Positions 10,063-19,516 are shown, numbered from the stretch's first letter. The stretch is 64,000 nucleotides of DNA from Candidatus Norongarragalinales archaeon (GCA_038884755.1 JAWABJ010000001.1:1-64000), one strand, 5' to 3'. Translations and numbers: made by a program. Notes: generated from the sequence alone by a model not told the origin.

Positions 10063-10716
10063 TCAACCGCCAAGCGCTTCGAAAATCCTTTGGATTTCGA
10101 CTCCCGTAGTGGCGTTTCCGACGAGCGCGCCCTTGTCGTTCGCGATTATGCTGAACCCGTTGTAAACTTGTCCGAAGTTGCTCGTGCCAACAAGGCCTTT
10201 AACTCCAAACGTTTTTTCGAGGTACTTGAGTTCGACTTCGCTCGTCTCGTTGTAAGCCAAAATCCCTTTGCCTGTGACGACGTTAGTCGCCCCGACTGTT
10301 TTAATTCCCACTTTCTGTCTCACCACTTCCACCCCCAAGCAATCTCCGATTTTCCTCGCTTCTTTCTCGGGAATTTCTGGATTCAAAAGGCATGCTTTGC
10401 TGTTGGCGAGAATGTTGTTTCCGGGAGAGTGGCCTTTGAGTAAATGCACGTTCAGCCCTTCTTTCTTGATGAGGTTTTGCTCGTGCTTTTCGGCCGAGTC
10501 CTGCAATACGCACCCGTTGTTGTTCATCGCCGAGAAAACGCCGAGGAGCGGCGATTGGTCGACGTACAGCCTCAAGGGCTTGGTCTGCAGCACGTTTTCC
10601 ACTTGCCTTTCCAGCTTGTCCGGGGCGTTTTTGGGAAGGAGCGTGACTGCATCGTTGGTTTTGATGAAAAGCCCTGCGAACGGGTTGTTGTAAAAACTAG
10701 TTTTTTCTATGCGCAA
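10063..10716 (-). CDS. eif6: Translation initiation factor 6
   Basis: GNNILAN, GTSNFG, ANDKGALVG..TTG.E pentein repeats; TTG start. Confidence 0.93.
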   Translation of the reverse strand: MRIEKTSFYNNPFAGLFIKTNDAVTLLPKNAPDKLERQVENVLQTKPLRLYVDQSPLLGVFSAMNNNGCVLQDSAEKHEQNLIKKEGLNVHLLKGHSPGNNILANSKACLLNPEIPEKEARKIGDCLGVEVVRQKVGIKTVGATNVVTGKGILAYNETSEVELKYLEKTFGVKGLVGTSNFGQVYNGFSIIANDKGALVGNATTGVEIQRIFEALGG

Positions 10717-10722
10717 AAACCA

Positions 10723-11157
10723 TCACGCAGCCAATTCCACTAGGACGAGCCCTTCCTTGTCTTTGGAAATCTTTACTTTGAGAGAAGAAAGCATCTTGTT
10801 TCTTCCCGCCTTCGAAAGCGCGATGGAAACCTTGTTTTCTATCTTCACGTTTTTCTCGCCGGTCTTGAAGTGCTTGGCGGCAAACGCGCGCACCGTGGGC
10901 CCGTGCCTCTTGTACCTTTTCATTCTAGCCCTGTCGTGGAGAAAGCGTTTGAGCGGGATGGTGTAAAGCCTTTCGACCACGACCTCCCTTTTTTTTTCCT
11001 CTTTTTTCCCTTCGGTTTTGGCCTTGCTTTCTTTTGCGGGCTTCTTTTCATCTTTCGCCTCGGCCTTGGCGGGTTCATGCTTTTGCTCGTCCTGCTTTTT
11101 CTTCAGCTCTTCCTCCGCCTGCTTCAAAACGAATTTTTCCTCTTGCTTGGATTCCAT
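10723..11157 (-). CDS. rpl31e: Ribosomal protein L31e with charged N-terminal extension
   Basis: ERLYTIPL...VRAFAAKHFK...VKI; lies between L39e and eIF6. Confidence 0.85.
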   Translation of the reverse strand: MESKQEEKFVLKQAEEELKKKQDEQKHEPAKAEAKDEKKPAKESKAKTEGKKEEKKREVVVERLYTIPLKRFLHDRARMKRYKRHGPTVRAFAAKHFKTGEKNVKIENKVSIALSKAGRNKMLSSLKVKISKDKEGLVLVELAA

Positions 11158-11188
11158 TCAAACACCATCCGTTCTCCCGTGTTTCCCT

Positions 11189-11368
11189 TCAACCTGTTTT
11201 CTTGATTCTCTTCGTGAGCTTGAGTTTTTTCGTGCGCCAGTGGCGCTGTACGGGGTTGCGCATCACGCGCCGCGCGGTTTTCGCTATGACGAATATCGGC
11301 ACGCGCCTGTTTTGCTTTAGTGCTTTTGCCAAAACCATTTTCTTTTTCTGAGTCTTGTTCCTGCTCAT
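11189..11368 (-). CDS. rpl39e: Ribosomal protein L39e (59 aa, absent from ORF track)
   Basis: Manual translation [59 protein letters not shown]. Confidence 0.95.
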   Translation of the reverse strand: MSRNKTQKKKMVLAKALKQNRRVPIFVIAKTARRVMRNPVQRHWRTKKLKLTKRIKKTG

Positions 11369-11390
11369 TCGAAACCCCCCTTTTTTCCGC

Positions 11391-11681
11391 TCATTTTCTT
11401 TTTACCGTGATGCTCGTCTGTTTTTCCCCCGCCTTGATGCGTTTCAGGAGGGAAAGCAGTTCGGACTCGCTCACGCGTTCGGGAAGCTGCCCTTGCTGCC
11501 GCGCGTAAACGAGCAGTTGTGCCAACTGTAAGTACAATTCCCTGCTTGCGATGCGTATGTTCATCATCCTCTCGAAAGCCTTGCCGTCGAGTATTTTCCT
11601 CAAGAGCTCGCGCAACTGGGCTTCCCTCTGGACTTGTTCCAATTGTTTTTTCCTCAACTCTTGCAGGCGCTCGTCTTCCAT
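11391..11681 (-). CDS. PDCD5/TFAR19-like DNA-binding protein
   Basis: [17 protein letters not shown]...[10 protein letters not shown]; conserved position after S19e. Confidence 0.88.
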   Translation of the reverse strand: MEDERLQELRKKQLEQVQREAQLRELLRKILDGKAFERMMNIRIASRELYLQLAQLLVYARQQGQLPERVSESELLSLLKRIKAGEKQTSITVKRK

Positions 11682-11687
11682 TTTTTT

Positions 11688-12092
11688 TCACTTTGCGCTC
11701 TTGTCCAAAACGCTCTTGCCTTTCGCAGTGATTACCCTTCCCGCCTTATCCTTTTTTATGAGCCCGGCTTTCTCAAGCTGTTGCAAAGCCAATCGTATCA
11801 TCTTCCCGCCCGCTTTCCTGTGGTGACTCCTGTGCACCTTGTGGTCGGTTTTGCCTCCGTACTTGTTCCTCAAGCGTTCGGTTCCGACTGGCCCGTGCTT
11901 GAAAACCTGGTAGAGCAGGGAAGCGCACCTTTCGAACCAAAACCCCTGCATGGGCACGCGCTCGGCGTGCGAGGATGTTTTCACCAGTCCCGCCCACTCT
12001 GGCGGTTTTATTTCGCTTATTTTTTTCAGCTCTTCGGCGGCCTTTCCGATAACGCTTTGCGCTGTCGAGTCCAAAACTCCCAAGTAATTCAC
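11688..12092 (-). CDS. rps19e: Ribosomal protein S19e
   Basis: PPEWAGLVKT, WFERCAS, GPVGTERLRNKYGG, LQQLEKAGL. Confidence 0.96.
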   Translation of the reverse strand: MNYLGVLDSTAQSVIGKAAEELKKISEIKPPEWAGLVKTSSHAERVPMQGFWFERCASLLYQVFKHGPVGTERLRNKYGGKTDHKVHRSHHRKAGGKMIRLALQQLEKAGLIKKDKAGRVITAKGKSVLDKSAK

Positions 12093-12149
12093 CCTTATGC
12101 GATTTTCTTAAACGCGCGAAATTCCGTTCGAACCAGGTTGACGGTTCTT

Positions 12150-12446
12150 TCAAGACAAAAGCTTCCTTTTTCCCTTGTAGGGAATCCTGCGCGTAAAACC
12201 ACAGCTGACGCACGTATTTATTCTTATTCCTTTGGCCAAGCGCACTTTTAGCGTAACTCCCGCAATAAACACTGTATTGCATTTTTTGCAATACGTAGCG
12301 TTGCCTAGGGAAATGCGGTGGCGCATGGAAAGCTTGCGCGCCAAAACAACGTACCGCTTCGCCAGCGCAGGCTCTTTTGAATAAGCTTCCCGCGCCATTT
12401 TCAAAAGCTTTTCGCAGCGTTCTTTCGCGATTTTGTTTGCATCCAT
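12150..12446 (-). CDS. rnp4: RNase P protein Rpp21/Rpr2
   Basis: IAKERC..L, AKRYV.LA, CKKC...CVSC zinc ribbon. Confidence 0.92.
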   Translation of the reverse strand: MDANKIAKERCEKLLKMAREAYSKEPALAKRYVVLARKLSMRHRISLGNATYCKKCNTVFIAGVTLKVRLAKGIRINTCVSCGFTRRIPYKGKRKLLS

Positions 12447-12448
12447 TT

Positions 12449-13036
12449 TCAATCTTCCAAGTGCGCGTGGTCGTTGAACCTCACTAGCTTAGGGCCGTTG
12501 GGAGTGATTTCCACTTCCGTTATCGACGTGTTTTTCTGCGTTCCGAACAAGTTTGCTTTTGAAACCGGTATGCGCAAGAGAATGCACAAAATCGCCCTGC
12601 CTATGATTCCGTGCGACACGATCAAGATTGTTTTTCCCTCGTTTTTCACCAATATTTTTTTCAAAAGCGGTTTTGCGCGTTCGTAAACGTCTTTAATGCT
12701 CTCGCCGCCCGGAGGGCGTTTTAGAGGGCTGTAACGGTATATGTCGACTGCGTCATAGTGCATTCCCTCGAATTTTCCGAAAGACCTTTCCTCAAGCAGT
12801 TTCGAGTGAATAACCCTGCAATTGTGGTGTTTTGCGATTTCAGACGTGGTTTGGGAGGCGCGTTTGAGCGTAGAAGAATAGATGGCGTGGAATTTCGTTT
12901 TTGAAAGGCGGTTGGCTATGGTTTTAGCCTGCCTTCTTCCCTCTGAGTTCAATTCGAAATCCAGCCTTCCTTGCGTTATTTTCTTTTTGTTGCCGTCGGT
13001 AATCCCGTGCCTCACGAGGAAAATTCGCGTGTTCAT
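12449..13036 (-). CDS. Histidine phosphatase / phosphoglycerate mutase family protein
   Basis: LVRHG, SSTLKRASQT, E..FG.FEG, GGES, VSHG. Confidence 0.92.
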   Translation of the reverse strand: MNTRIFLVRHGITDGNKKKITQGRLDFELNSEGRRQAKTIANRLSKTKFHAIYSSTLKRASQTTSEIAKHHNCRVIHSKLLEERSFGKFEGMHYDAVDIYRYSPLKRPPGGESIKDVYERAKPLLKKILVKNEGKTILIVSHGIIGRAILCILLRIPVSKANLFGTQKNTSITEVEITPNGPKLVRFNDHAHLED

Positions 13037-13053
13037 TTTCGCACCATCATGAG

Positions 13054-13218
13054 TGGGCCCACAGGGATTTGAACCCTGGACGTCCAGCTCACTCAGCCAT
13101 CCGAAGCGTTGTAAAAACCTTCGGACGTCGTATAAGACTGGCGTTGCAGAAGCTTTCTTTTCCTGGGTTTTCTTTCACGAAAGAAAAGCCACTCTGAACC
13201 AGACTGAGCTATGGGCCC
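13054..13218 (-). tRNA. tRNA-Ile (anticodon UAU) with two introns: about 13144-13191 (D-arm, near position 24/25) and 13090-13130 (canonical 37/38)
   Basis: Spliced form GGGCCCA-TA-GCTC-AGTCTGGTTCA-GAGC-G-CCAGT-CT-TAT-AA-GCTGG-ACGTC-CAGGG-TTCAAAT-CCCTG-TGGGCCC-A; clean bulge-helix-bulge at 37/38 (CTTA/TGAG central helix). Confidence 0.9.
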
Positions 13219-13260
13219 GTTTTTCTATTGTTTTATATTGCCCGCTTTTTTTATTATCCC

Positions 13261-13761
13261 ATGCGGTTGCACTTGAAGGACTTGCTTTCGCTTGCCAACG
13301 CCTGTAGCGGGTTTTTGGCAATGGCGTTTTTCTTTTTGTTCGGCTACTTGTCGGCGTTCGTAATGGTTTTGCTCGCGATGCTGGCGGATTTTCTGGACGG
13401 GAAGGTTGCGCGCAAGCAGGGGAAGCACGACGATTTCGGGGTGCAGTTGGATTCTCTCGCGGACGGAGTTTCGTTCGCGCTCGCGCCGGCTGCGCTGGTT
13501 TTCTTCCAGCACTACCCTGCGACTGCCTTCGCGTTTTTCGCCTTGCTTTTGGCGGGGTTGTTTTACTTGAGCGCGGGGCTGGTGCGGTTGGCGGAATACA
13601 ACTCGCAGAAGGAAAAGGGGTTTTACTACGGCTTGCCGTCGCCGTTCGCAGCGTTTTTCGTTCTCCTGTTCGGGTGGATTGGCGTGGAGGCTGGCGCAGC
13701 CGTGCTGCTGCTAGCCGGGGTTTTGATGCTTTCCAAATTCAAGCTCAAGAAAGTTTTTTGA
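13261..13761 (+). CDS. CDP-alcohol phosphatidyltransferase (archaetidylserine synthase-like)
   Basis: DFLDGKVAR...FGVQLDSLADGVSF, RLA.YN, GLPSP. Confidence 0.9.
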   Translation: MRLHLKDLLSLANACSGFLAMAFFFLFGYLSAFVMVLLAMLADFLDGKVARKQGKHDDFGVQLDSLADGVSFALAPAALVFFQHYPATAFAFFALLLAGLFYLSAGLVRLAEYNSQKEKGFYYGLPSPFAAFFVLLFGWIGVEAGAAVLLLAGVLMLSKFKLKKVF

Positions 13762-14263
13762 CGAGCAGCTCTTCGTAGCGAGGGCCTTGCGGGGTTAAAG
13801 AGCTTTTGAACAAAACCACTTCGCTTACTTTCGCCTTTCCGAACTTTTTGTTTTCGTATTCCGCAGCGAGTTGCTTCAGCAACTGCAGGTTGCGCTGGGT
13901 TTTTACTCTTGCAAGCGTTATGTGCCCTTCAAATCTTTCGTTGTAATTGAGTGTAAGGGCTATTTGTTTTTGCAGTCCGTCCAGTCCTTGCACGCCTGCC
14001 CAAAACACTTTCACGAACTTTTCGCTGGGAAAAAAGCCCACTCCCTTAATTTCTATTTCCACGGTCTTGCTTTCGATAGAGTTCAACGCGCGTTTGGCTT
14101 TTTCGATTTCGTTTTCGTTGATTTCACCCAGGAATGCAAGAGTGCAGTGGAATTCTTTCGGGAAAGTGGCGTCGAGGCCAAGCGTCTTGGTTTTGCTTTG
14201 CAGTTCGGAAAGGCTGACGCCGGTTTCCCCCCCGATTTTTACCGCCACGAAGCATCTTGCCAT
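13745..14263 (-). CDS. thpR: RNA 2',3'-cyclic phosphodiesterase (2H family)
   Basis: HCTLAFLG and HITLARVK motifs; S.LTP.GP.Y. Confidence 0.92.
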   Translation of the reverse strand: MARCFVAVKIGGETGVSLSELQSKTKTLGLDATFPKEFHCTLAFLGEINENEIEKAKRALNSIESKTVEIEIKGVGFFPSEKFVKVFWAGVQGLDGLQKQIALTLNYNERFEGHITLARVKTQRNLQLLKQLAAEYENKKFGKAKVSEVVLFKSSLTPQGPRYEELLVKKLS

Positions 14264-14323
14264 TACGCCCGCCAAACAATCTACCCCCTTGTTTTTTAAT
14301 TGCGTTTGGGCTTATTTTTTGGT

Positions 14324-15163
14324 ATGCAAAAAAGCTTGTTTTTAGCGTTGGTTTTGCTGTCGCTTTCGCCTATTGCAACCCACGCTTCCCAGCTCAACGT
14401 AATAAGCCCGGTCGAACAGACGCTCGTGCTGCCTGAGCATGTTCTCGACTTGGGAGTGATAGGACCGGGGCAAACTGTGGAAGTCGTGACCGAGCGGGGC
14501 AGCGGCGTTATCGCGAGCGAAAGCCAGACGAAGGGCGAGGCGTTGTGGGACCAGCTTTTCGTGGTTCGCGAAAGCCTGCCCGTAGGCTGGAAGGCGGAAG
14601 ATTCAAAGCTTTTCGAAAAGCCTTTCCACGCGTTTGTAACCGCGTCGCCTACTGCCGAAGACGGCGAGTATTCTTTCATGCTCAAGGCGATAGACCAGTA
14701 CGAGGGGGCGAAGGAAAAGGTTTTCAGCGCCAAAGTGCGCATTTCCAAAGACTTGCTCGAGAAGAGCGTTGGGCAAAGCAGGGTTGTTACTGGCGTGGGA
14801 CAGCCGGCGGTGTTTCAAATAAAACTCCGAAACAAAAGCTCTGCAAGCGACGTTTTTGAGCTCAAGGCATATGGGGTTTCTGAGAGCTGGAAGGAAACGC
14901 GGCGCGTGTTCGTCCGCTTCAAAGACGAAGTTACGGTTCCCTTCGAAATCCTTCCCAGCGAGCAGGGTGAGTTCAACGTGGAAGTAAGCGCCGTTTCATT
15001 GTCAAGCCCGCTTATCAACGCCAAGAGCGGCGTGACTCTCGTCGCCGTTTCGTCAATAGAGCAGGATTTGAGGGCGTTGAACAAGGGTTTGCTTTTGTTC
15101 CCGACCGTAGAGCAAGTGGTTTATTCCGCTTTGAGCCTGGTTTCGCACTTCGTTTACAGGTAA
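14324..15163 (+). CDS. Secreted/membrane hypothetical protein with Ig-like domains
   Basis: Signal peptide, beta-rich body, C-terminal hydrophobic segment. Confidence 0.7.
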   Translation: MQKSLFLALVLLSLSPIATHASQLNVISPVEQTLVLPEHVLDLGVIGPGQTVEVVTERGSGVIASESQTKGEALWDQLFVVRESLPVGWKAEDSKLFEKPFHAFVTASPTAEDGEYSFMLKAIDQYEGAKEKVFSAKVRISKDLLEKSVGQSRVVTGVGQPAVFQIKLRNKSSASDVFELKAYGVSESWKETRRVFVRFKDEVTVPFEILPSEQGEFNVEVSAVSLSSPLINAKSGVTLVAVSSIEQDLRALNKGLLLFPTVEQVVYSALSLVSHFVYR

Positions 15164-15211
15164 AACTTTAAGCGCAGTTTTTCCAGAATTTCTATCGCGT
15201 GTCGTGAACCA

Positions 15212-16774
15212 ATGGAATCAGTTTTGGATATTTCGGAAAAGAGGAAGCTTGCCGCGAGAGAAGTGTGCTTGCGTTTGGACGGCGTAGCTGACGCCATCCA
15301 GCTTGAAAAAGCAAAGCTGGAGGCTTCGAGCAAATTCGGCCTACAGCAAGTGATAAAGAACGCGGACGTTTTCCAAGCGTTGGGCGAGGAAGGCAAGGAA
15401 AAGCACCGCTTGCTTTTGAAAACCAAGCGTGCTCGCAGTTTGAGCGGCGTGAGCGTTGTCGCGATAATGCTCAAGCCCGTTTCGTGTCCCTACCACTGCG
15501 CGTATTGCCCTACCAGCGATATTGCCGCTAAAAGCTATACGGGTTTCGAGCCGGCCGCGCTTCGCGCGCGTCGCAATGGTTTTGATTCCTTCAAGCAAGT
15601 TTCCTCTCGGCTCAAGCAATTTGCTGCTATAGGGCACGAGCCGCAAAAGTGCGAGTTGATAATCATGGGCGGAACGTTCAACAGCGAGCCTTTGGACTAT
15701 CAAGAGTCTTTCGTCAAGGGCGCGTACGACGCGTTCAACGGCTTCGCGAGCAAAACGCTCGAGCAGGCGATTGAAGCGAACGAGAAAGCTCCGCATAGGA
15801 TTATCGGTCTTACGTTCGAAACGCGCCCTGACTGGGCTTCGCAAGAGCAGGTGCTGAGGCTTTTGAACTACGGTGCTACGCGAATAGAATTAGGTGTGCA
15901 GAGTTTGGACGACGGCGCGTTGATTCGCGTCAAGCGGGGGCACGGCGCGCGCGAGAGCGTAGAAGCGACGCGCAACGTCAAGAACGCTTTTGCGAAAGTC
16001 GGATACCACGTTATGCCAGGGCTTTACTCCACTCCCGAAAAAGACGTCGGAATGTTCGAGCGATTGTTTTCGAGCGAGGACTTGCGGCCGGACATGCTGA
16101 AAATTTATCCCACGCTCGTCGTTCCGGGCACTGTTTTGTTCGAGCTTTGGAAAAAAGGCGAGTTTGAACCGTATAGGGAGGAACAGGCGGCGTGGGTTAT
16201 CGCGCGCGGCAAGCAATTCGTGCCGCGCTATTGCAGGATCATGCGCGTCGACCGTGACATTCCTTCGTTCAAAATAGCGGATGGCGTGAAAAAACTGAAT
16301 TTGCGCGAGCTCGTGAAAAAAGAAATGGACGAAAACGGACTGAAGTGCGAATGCATAAGGTGCAGGGAAGCCGGTCTCGCCTCGAGGTTCAGGCAAATAG
16401 ATTTCGACGATGTTGAACTGCATCGTTTTGATTACGAGGCTAGCGGCGGGAAAGAAGTGTTCTTGAGTTTCGATACTGCGGAAGATTATTTGGTCGCGTT
16501 TTTGCGCTTGAGGGCCGTTGAAGCCGCAGAGGGAGCGCAGTGCGGGGTTCGAGAACTGCGGGTTTACGGCGAGCAGGTTGCAATAGGTTCGGCGAACGAG
16601 AAAGCTCTGCAGCACAAGAGTTTCGGGAAAAAACTGTTGGGGGAAGCAGAGCGCATTGCGAGGGAAGAGTTTAGCGTGAAAGAACTGCGTGTGACGAGCG
16701 GTGTTGGCGTGCGGGAGTACTACCGAAAGCAAGGCTATGCCTTGCGGAAGCCGTGGATGGTTAAAAAGCTTTAA
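15212..16774 (+). CDS. elp3: tRNA U34 acetyltransferase Elp3 (radical SAM + KAT domains)
   Basis: CPYHCAYCP, SYTG.EP, ETRPD, ELGVQS, KIYPT, QHK.FG..LL, SGVGVREYY. Confidence 0.95.
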   Translation: MESVLDISEKRKLAAREVCLRLDGVADAIQLEKAKLEASSKFGLQQVIKNADVFQALGEEGKEKHRLLLKTKRARSLSGVSVVAIMLKPVSCPYHCAYCPTSDIAAKSYTGFEPAALRARRNGFDSFKQVSSRLKQFAAIGHEPQKCELIIMGGTFNSEPLDYQESFVKGAYDAFNGFASKTLEQAIEANEKAPHRIIGLTFETRPDWASQEQVLRLLNYGATRIELGVQSLDDGALIRVKRGHGARESVEATRNVKNAFAKVGYHVMPGLYSTPEKDVGMFERLFSSEDLRPDMLKIYPTLVVPGTVLFELWKKGEFEPYREEQAAWVIARGKQFVPRYCRIMRVDRDIPSFKIADGVKKLNLRELVKKEMDENGLKCECIRCREAGLASRFRQIDFDDVELHRFDYEASGGKEVFLSFDTAEDYLVAFLRLRAVEAAEGAQCGVRELRVYGEQVAIGSANEKALQHKSFGKKLLGEAERIAREEFSVKELRVTSGVGVREYYRKQGYALRKPWMVKKL

Positions 16775-16809
16775 ACAAGCTGTTTTCCTTATTCGTGCGT
16801 GTTGTGGGA

Positions 16810-18126
16810 ATGAACTATTCGAAGCGCGTTTTGGATTTTTTGAAGGCTAATGGCGTGAGCGAAGGCGACCGGATTAGAGTAGAAAAGGAAGGCGTTGTTT
16901 ACGAGGGTTTGCTCATGCCAAGAGCAACAGGCGACGAAAACGCCTTGGTTTTGAAGCTCGATAGCGGCTATAACCTCGGCGTAGGCATTTCAGAAAAAAC
17001 CTCGCTGCAAAAACTTTCTCACAAAGCTACGTCCCCGTACGCCGAGTTCAAGCTCCCGCCCGCGAAAAAAGGAGTGCCTAAAATTTCCCTTGTTACGACC
17101 GGAGGCACGATTGTTTCGCGCGTTGATTACGCGACCGGCGGCGTAAGCGCTTTGACCAAGCCCGAGGACCTGGTAAAACAATTTCCGGATTTGCTTGAGG
17201 CTTGCAATCTGCACAAGATAGTTTCCCCTTTCACAGTGATGAGCGAAGACTTGACGCCGAAAGATTGGATTGCGCTGGCGAAAACGGTTTTCGCCGAGCT
17301 CAAGGAAAGCGACGGCGTCATCGTGACGCACGGGACCGACACTTTGGGCTTTACTGCTGCGGCGTTGAGTTTCATGATTTCAACAGGCAAGACTGTTGCC
17401 TTAGTGGGCGCGCAACGTTCGCCTGACCGCGGGAGTTTCGACGGGGCGTTGAATCTCGTTTGCGCAGCTCACTTCATCGCTAAAGCGAAATATTCCGGCG
17501 TGGCGTTGGTAATGCACGGTTCTTCAAGCGACGATTTTTGTTTCGCGCACGGGGGGACGAAAGTGAGGAAAATGCATTCCTCCCGCCGTGATGCTTTTCA
17601 ATCGATAAACGCCTTGCCTTTGGCGAAAATCACTGCTGGCGGCGATGTTGAAGAAAAAAATTTCACTGAAGTGAAGGTCGAGGGAAAGCTCGATGCAGTT
17701 TTCGACGAGCGAGTTGCGTTGGTGAAAGCTTACCCTAATTCCGAGCCGGACGTTCTAGAGTGGCTGGTTGAAAAAAAGAAAACCAAAGGCGTTATAATCG
17801 AAGCGATGGGGTTGGGGCATGTTCCGACTAACGCCCCGAAATCGTGGATTCCTCACGTGAAGAAAGCGGTTGACAAAGGCATTTTTGTGGGAATAACGAC
17901 GCAAACGCTTTACGGGAAAGTAAATCCTTTCGTGTATTCGAATTTGCGGAAGTTAGGCGATGTTGGAGCGGTTTTCTTGAAGGACGGGTTGCCTGAAACA
18001 ATGTTCGTAAAGCTAGGGTGGGTTTTGGCGCACAATGATTGGAATGTGAAGGAAAAAATGCTTGAGAACTTGCGTGCGGAGTTTAACGAGCGTTTGCTGG
18101 ATTCGGAATTCAATCACGGGGAATGA
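16810..18126 (+). CDS. gatD: Glu-tRNA(Gln) amidotransferase subunit D
   Basis: KLDSGYNLG N-domain, TGGTIVSRVDY, HGTDT, GAQRS.DR, KMHSSRRDAF. Confidence 0.96.
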   Translation: MNYSKRVLDFLKANGVSEGDRIRVEKEGVVYEGLLMPRATGDENALVLKLDSGYNLGVGISEKTSLQKLSHKATSPYAEFKLPPAKKGVPKISLVTTGGTIVSRVDYATGGVSALTKPEDLVKQFPDLLEACNLHKIVSPFTVMSEDLTPKDWIALAKTVFAELKESDGVIVTHGTDTLGFTAAALSFMISTGKTVALVGAQRSPDRGSFDGALNLVCAAHFIAKAKYSGVALVMHGSSSDDFCFAHGGTKVRKMHSSRRDAFQSINALPLAKITAGGDVEEKNFTEVKVEGKLDAVFDERVALVKAYPNSEPDVLEWLVEKKKTKGVIIEAMGLGHVPTNAPKSWIPHVKKAVDKGIFVGITTQTLYGKVNPFVYSNLRKLGDVGAVFLKDGLPETMFVKLGWVLAHNDWNVKEKMLENLRAEFNERLLDSEFNHGE

Positions 18127-18133
18127 TTGGCGT

Positions 18134-19516
18134 ATGGCTGCCGCGAAAATAGGGTTGGAAATACACCAACGCTTGGATGCGCGCAAACTGCATTGTTATT
18201 GCTATGCCAACCCTTCCGAGGAAAAGGGCGATTTCAAGATTGACTTTGTTTTACGAAGGAGGTTGAGGGCGGTAGGCGGGGAGTTGGGCGTTGTTGACAT
18301 AGCCGCAGCTTTCGAGGCTGCGAAAAAACGCGTTTTCGAATACCAAATCGATTCGCGTTACTCTTGCTTGGTGGAAAGCGACGAGACCCCGCCGGAACCG
18401 TTGTGCGAAGACGCTTTGCTCGCTGCGTTGGGAATAGCAAAAGCTTTGAGCGCGCGCGTAGTAGACGAGGCGCATGTCATGCGCAAGACTATAACCGATG
18501 GTTCGGCGGTAAGCGGGTTCCAGCGCACTGCGCTCATAGCAACCGGCGGGTTTGTAGAGACCAGCAAAGGAAATGTTGGAATACAGACCATTGCTTTGGA
18601 GGAAGAAAGCGCGGGAATAGTGGCGAAAGGACAGGGAAAGTTCGTATACCGTTTGGACCGGCTTGGTATTCCGCTCGTTGAAATAGCCACCGCCCCTGAA
18701 ATCAAGGGAGGCGAGCATGCGAGGGAGACGGCTGAAGCGCTTGGGCGGGTTTTGCGAGAAAGCGGGAAAGTGCAGAGGGGCTTGGGCAGCATTAGGCAGG
18801 ATTTGAATGTTTCCGTGGACGGCGGGGAACGGGTTGAATTAAAGGGCGTGCAGGACTTGCGCTTGCTGCCGAAAATAATCGACGTTGAAATCGAGCGGCA
18901 AAAGCGAGAGGGAGTGCGGAAGGGTGGAGAAACGCGTCGCATTATCGGCGAGCACAGCGAATTCATGCGGCCTCTGTCCGGAGCAGCGCGAATTTACCCG
19001 GAGACCGACGTTCCACTCGTGAGCATTACGCATGCGTTGCTGCAAAAAGCGGTAGTGGGTGAGAAGAGCGGGGACAAGGTCGCGAGGCTGGAAAACCTCG
19101 GTTTGGGGAAACAGCTTGCCGAGCGACTTGCTTCGGCCAAGGAACTGGCGTTGTTCGAAAAGCTTCACGCGAAGACCGGTGCTGACGCGGCAGCAATAGC
19201 CGCGTTCTTGCTAGAGTCGATGACGAGCTTGCGTAGGGAAGGCGTCGGGGTGGACCTGGTTTCGGAACAGCAGCTTGTAGACTTGTTTTCCCTGCTTGCC
19301 GAAGGTAAAATAGTGAAGGCCGCTTTGCCCGAAGTGCTGCGCTTTTTGCCGTCTGGAAAAAGCGCGGCTGAAATCGTGAAGGAAAAGGATTTGCAGAAAT
19401 TTTCTTCGAAAGAGGTTGACGCGCTTGTCGCCAGTGGAAAGGGGTTCGGCGAGATAATGCGCGAGTACCGTCTGCGCGTTGATGCTTCTGAACTCCAGCG
19501 AAAGTTCAAAAACTAG
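18134..19516 (+). CDS. gatE: Glu-tRNA(Gln) amidotransferase subunit E, short form
   Basis: GLEIHQ, MRK...DGSAVSGFQRT, LDRLGIPLVEI, RGLGSIRQDLNVS, RPL.GAARIYPETD. Confidence 0.93.
   Translation: MAAAKIGLEIHQRLDARKLHCYCYANPSEEKGDFKIDFVLRRRLRAVGGELGVVDIAAAFEAAKKRVFEYQIDSRYSCLVESDETPPEPLCEDALLAALGIAKALSARVVDEAHVMRKTITDGSAVSGFQRTALIATGGFVETSKGNVGIQTIALEEESAGIVAKGQGKFVYRLDRLGIPLVEIATAPEIKGGEHARETAEALGRVLRESGKVQRGLGSIRQDLNVSVDGGERVELKGVQDLRLLPKIIDVEIERQKREGVRKGGETRRIIGEHSEFMRPLSGAARIYPETDVPLVSITHALLQKAVVGEKSGDKVARLENLGLGKQLAERLASAKELALFEKLHAKTGADAAAIAAFLLESMTSLRREGVGVDLVSEQQLVDLFSLLAEGKIVKAALPEVLRFLPSGKSAAEIVKEKDLQKFSSKEVDALVASGKGFGEIMREYRLRVDASELQRKFKN

Noticed and set aside
13053..13307. 84-aa ORF MGPQGFEPWTS
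   Set aside because: Antisense translation of the tRNA gene
15212..16774. Functional link between elp3 and the nearby tRNA-Ile(UAU)
   Set aside because: Proximity only; elp3 is widespread in archaea and is not co-transcribed with the tRNA
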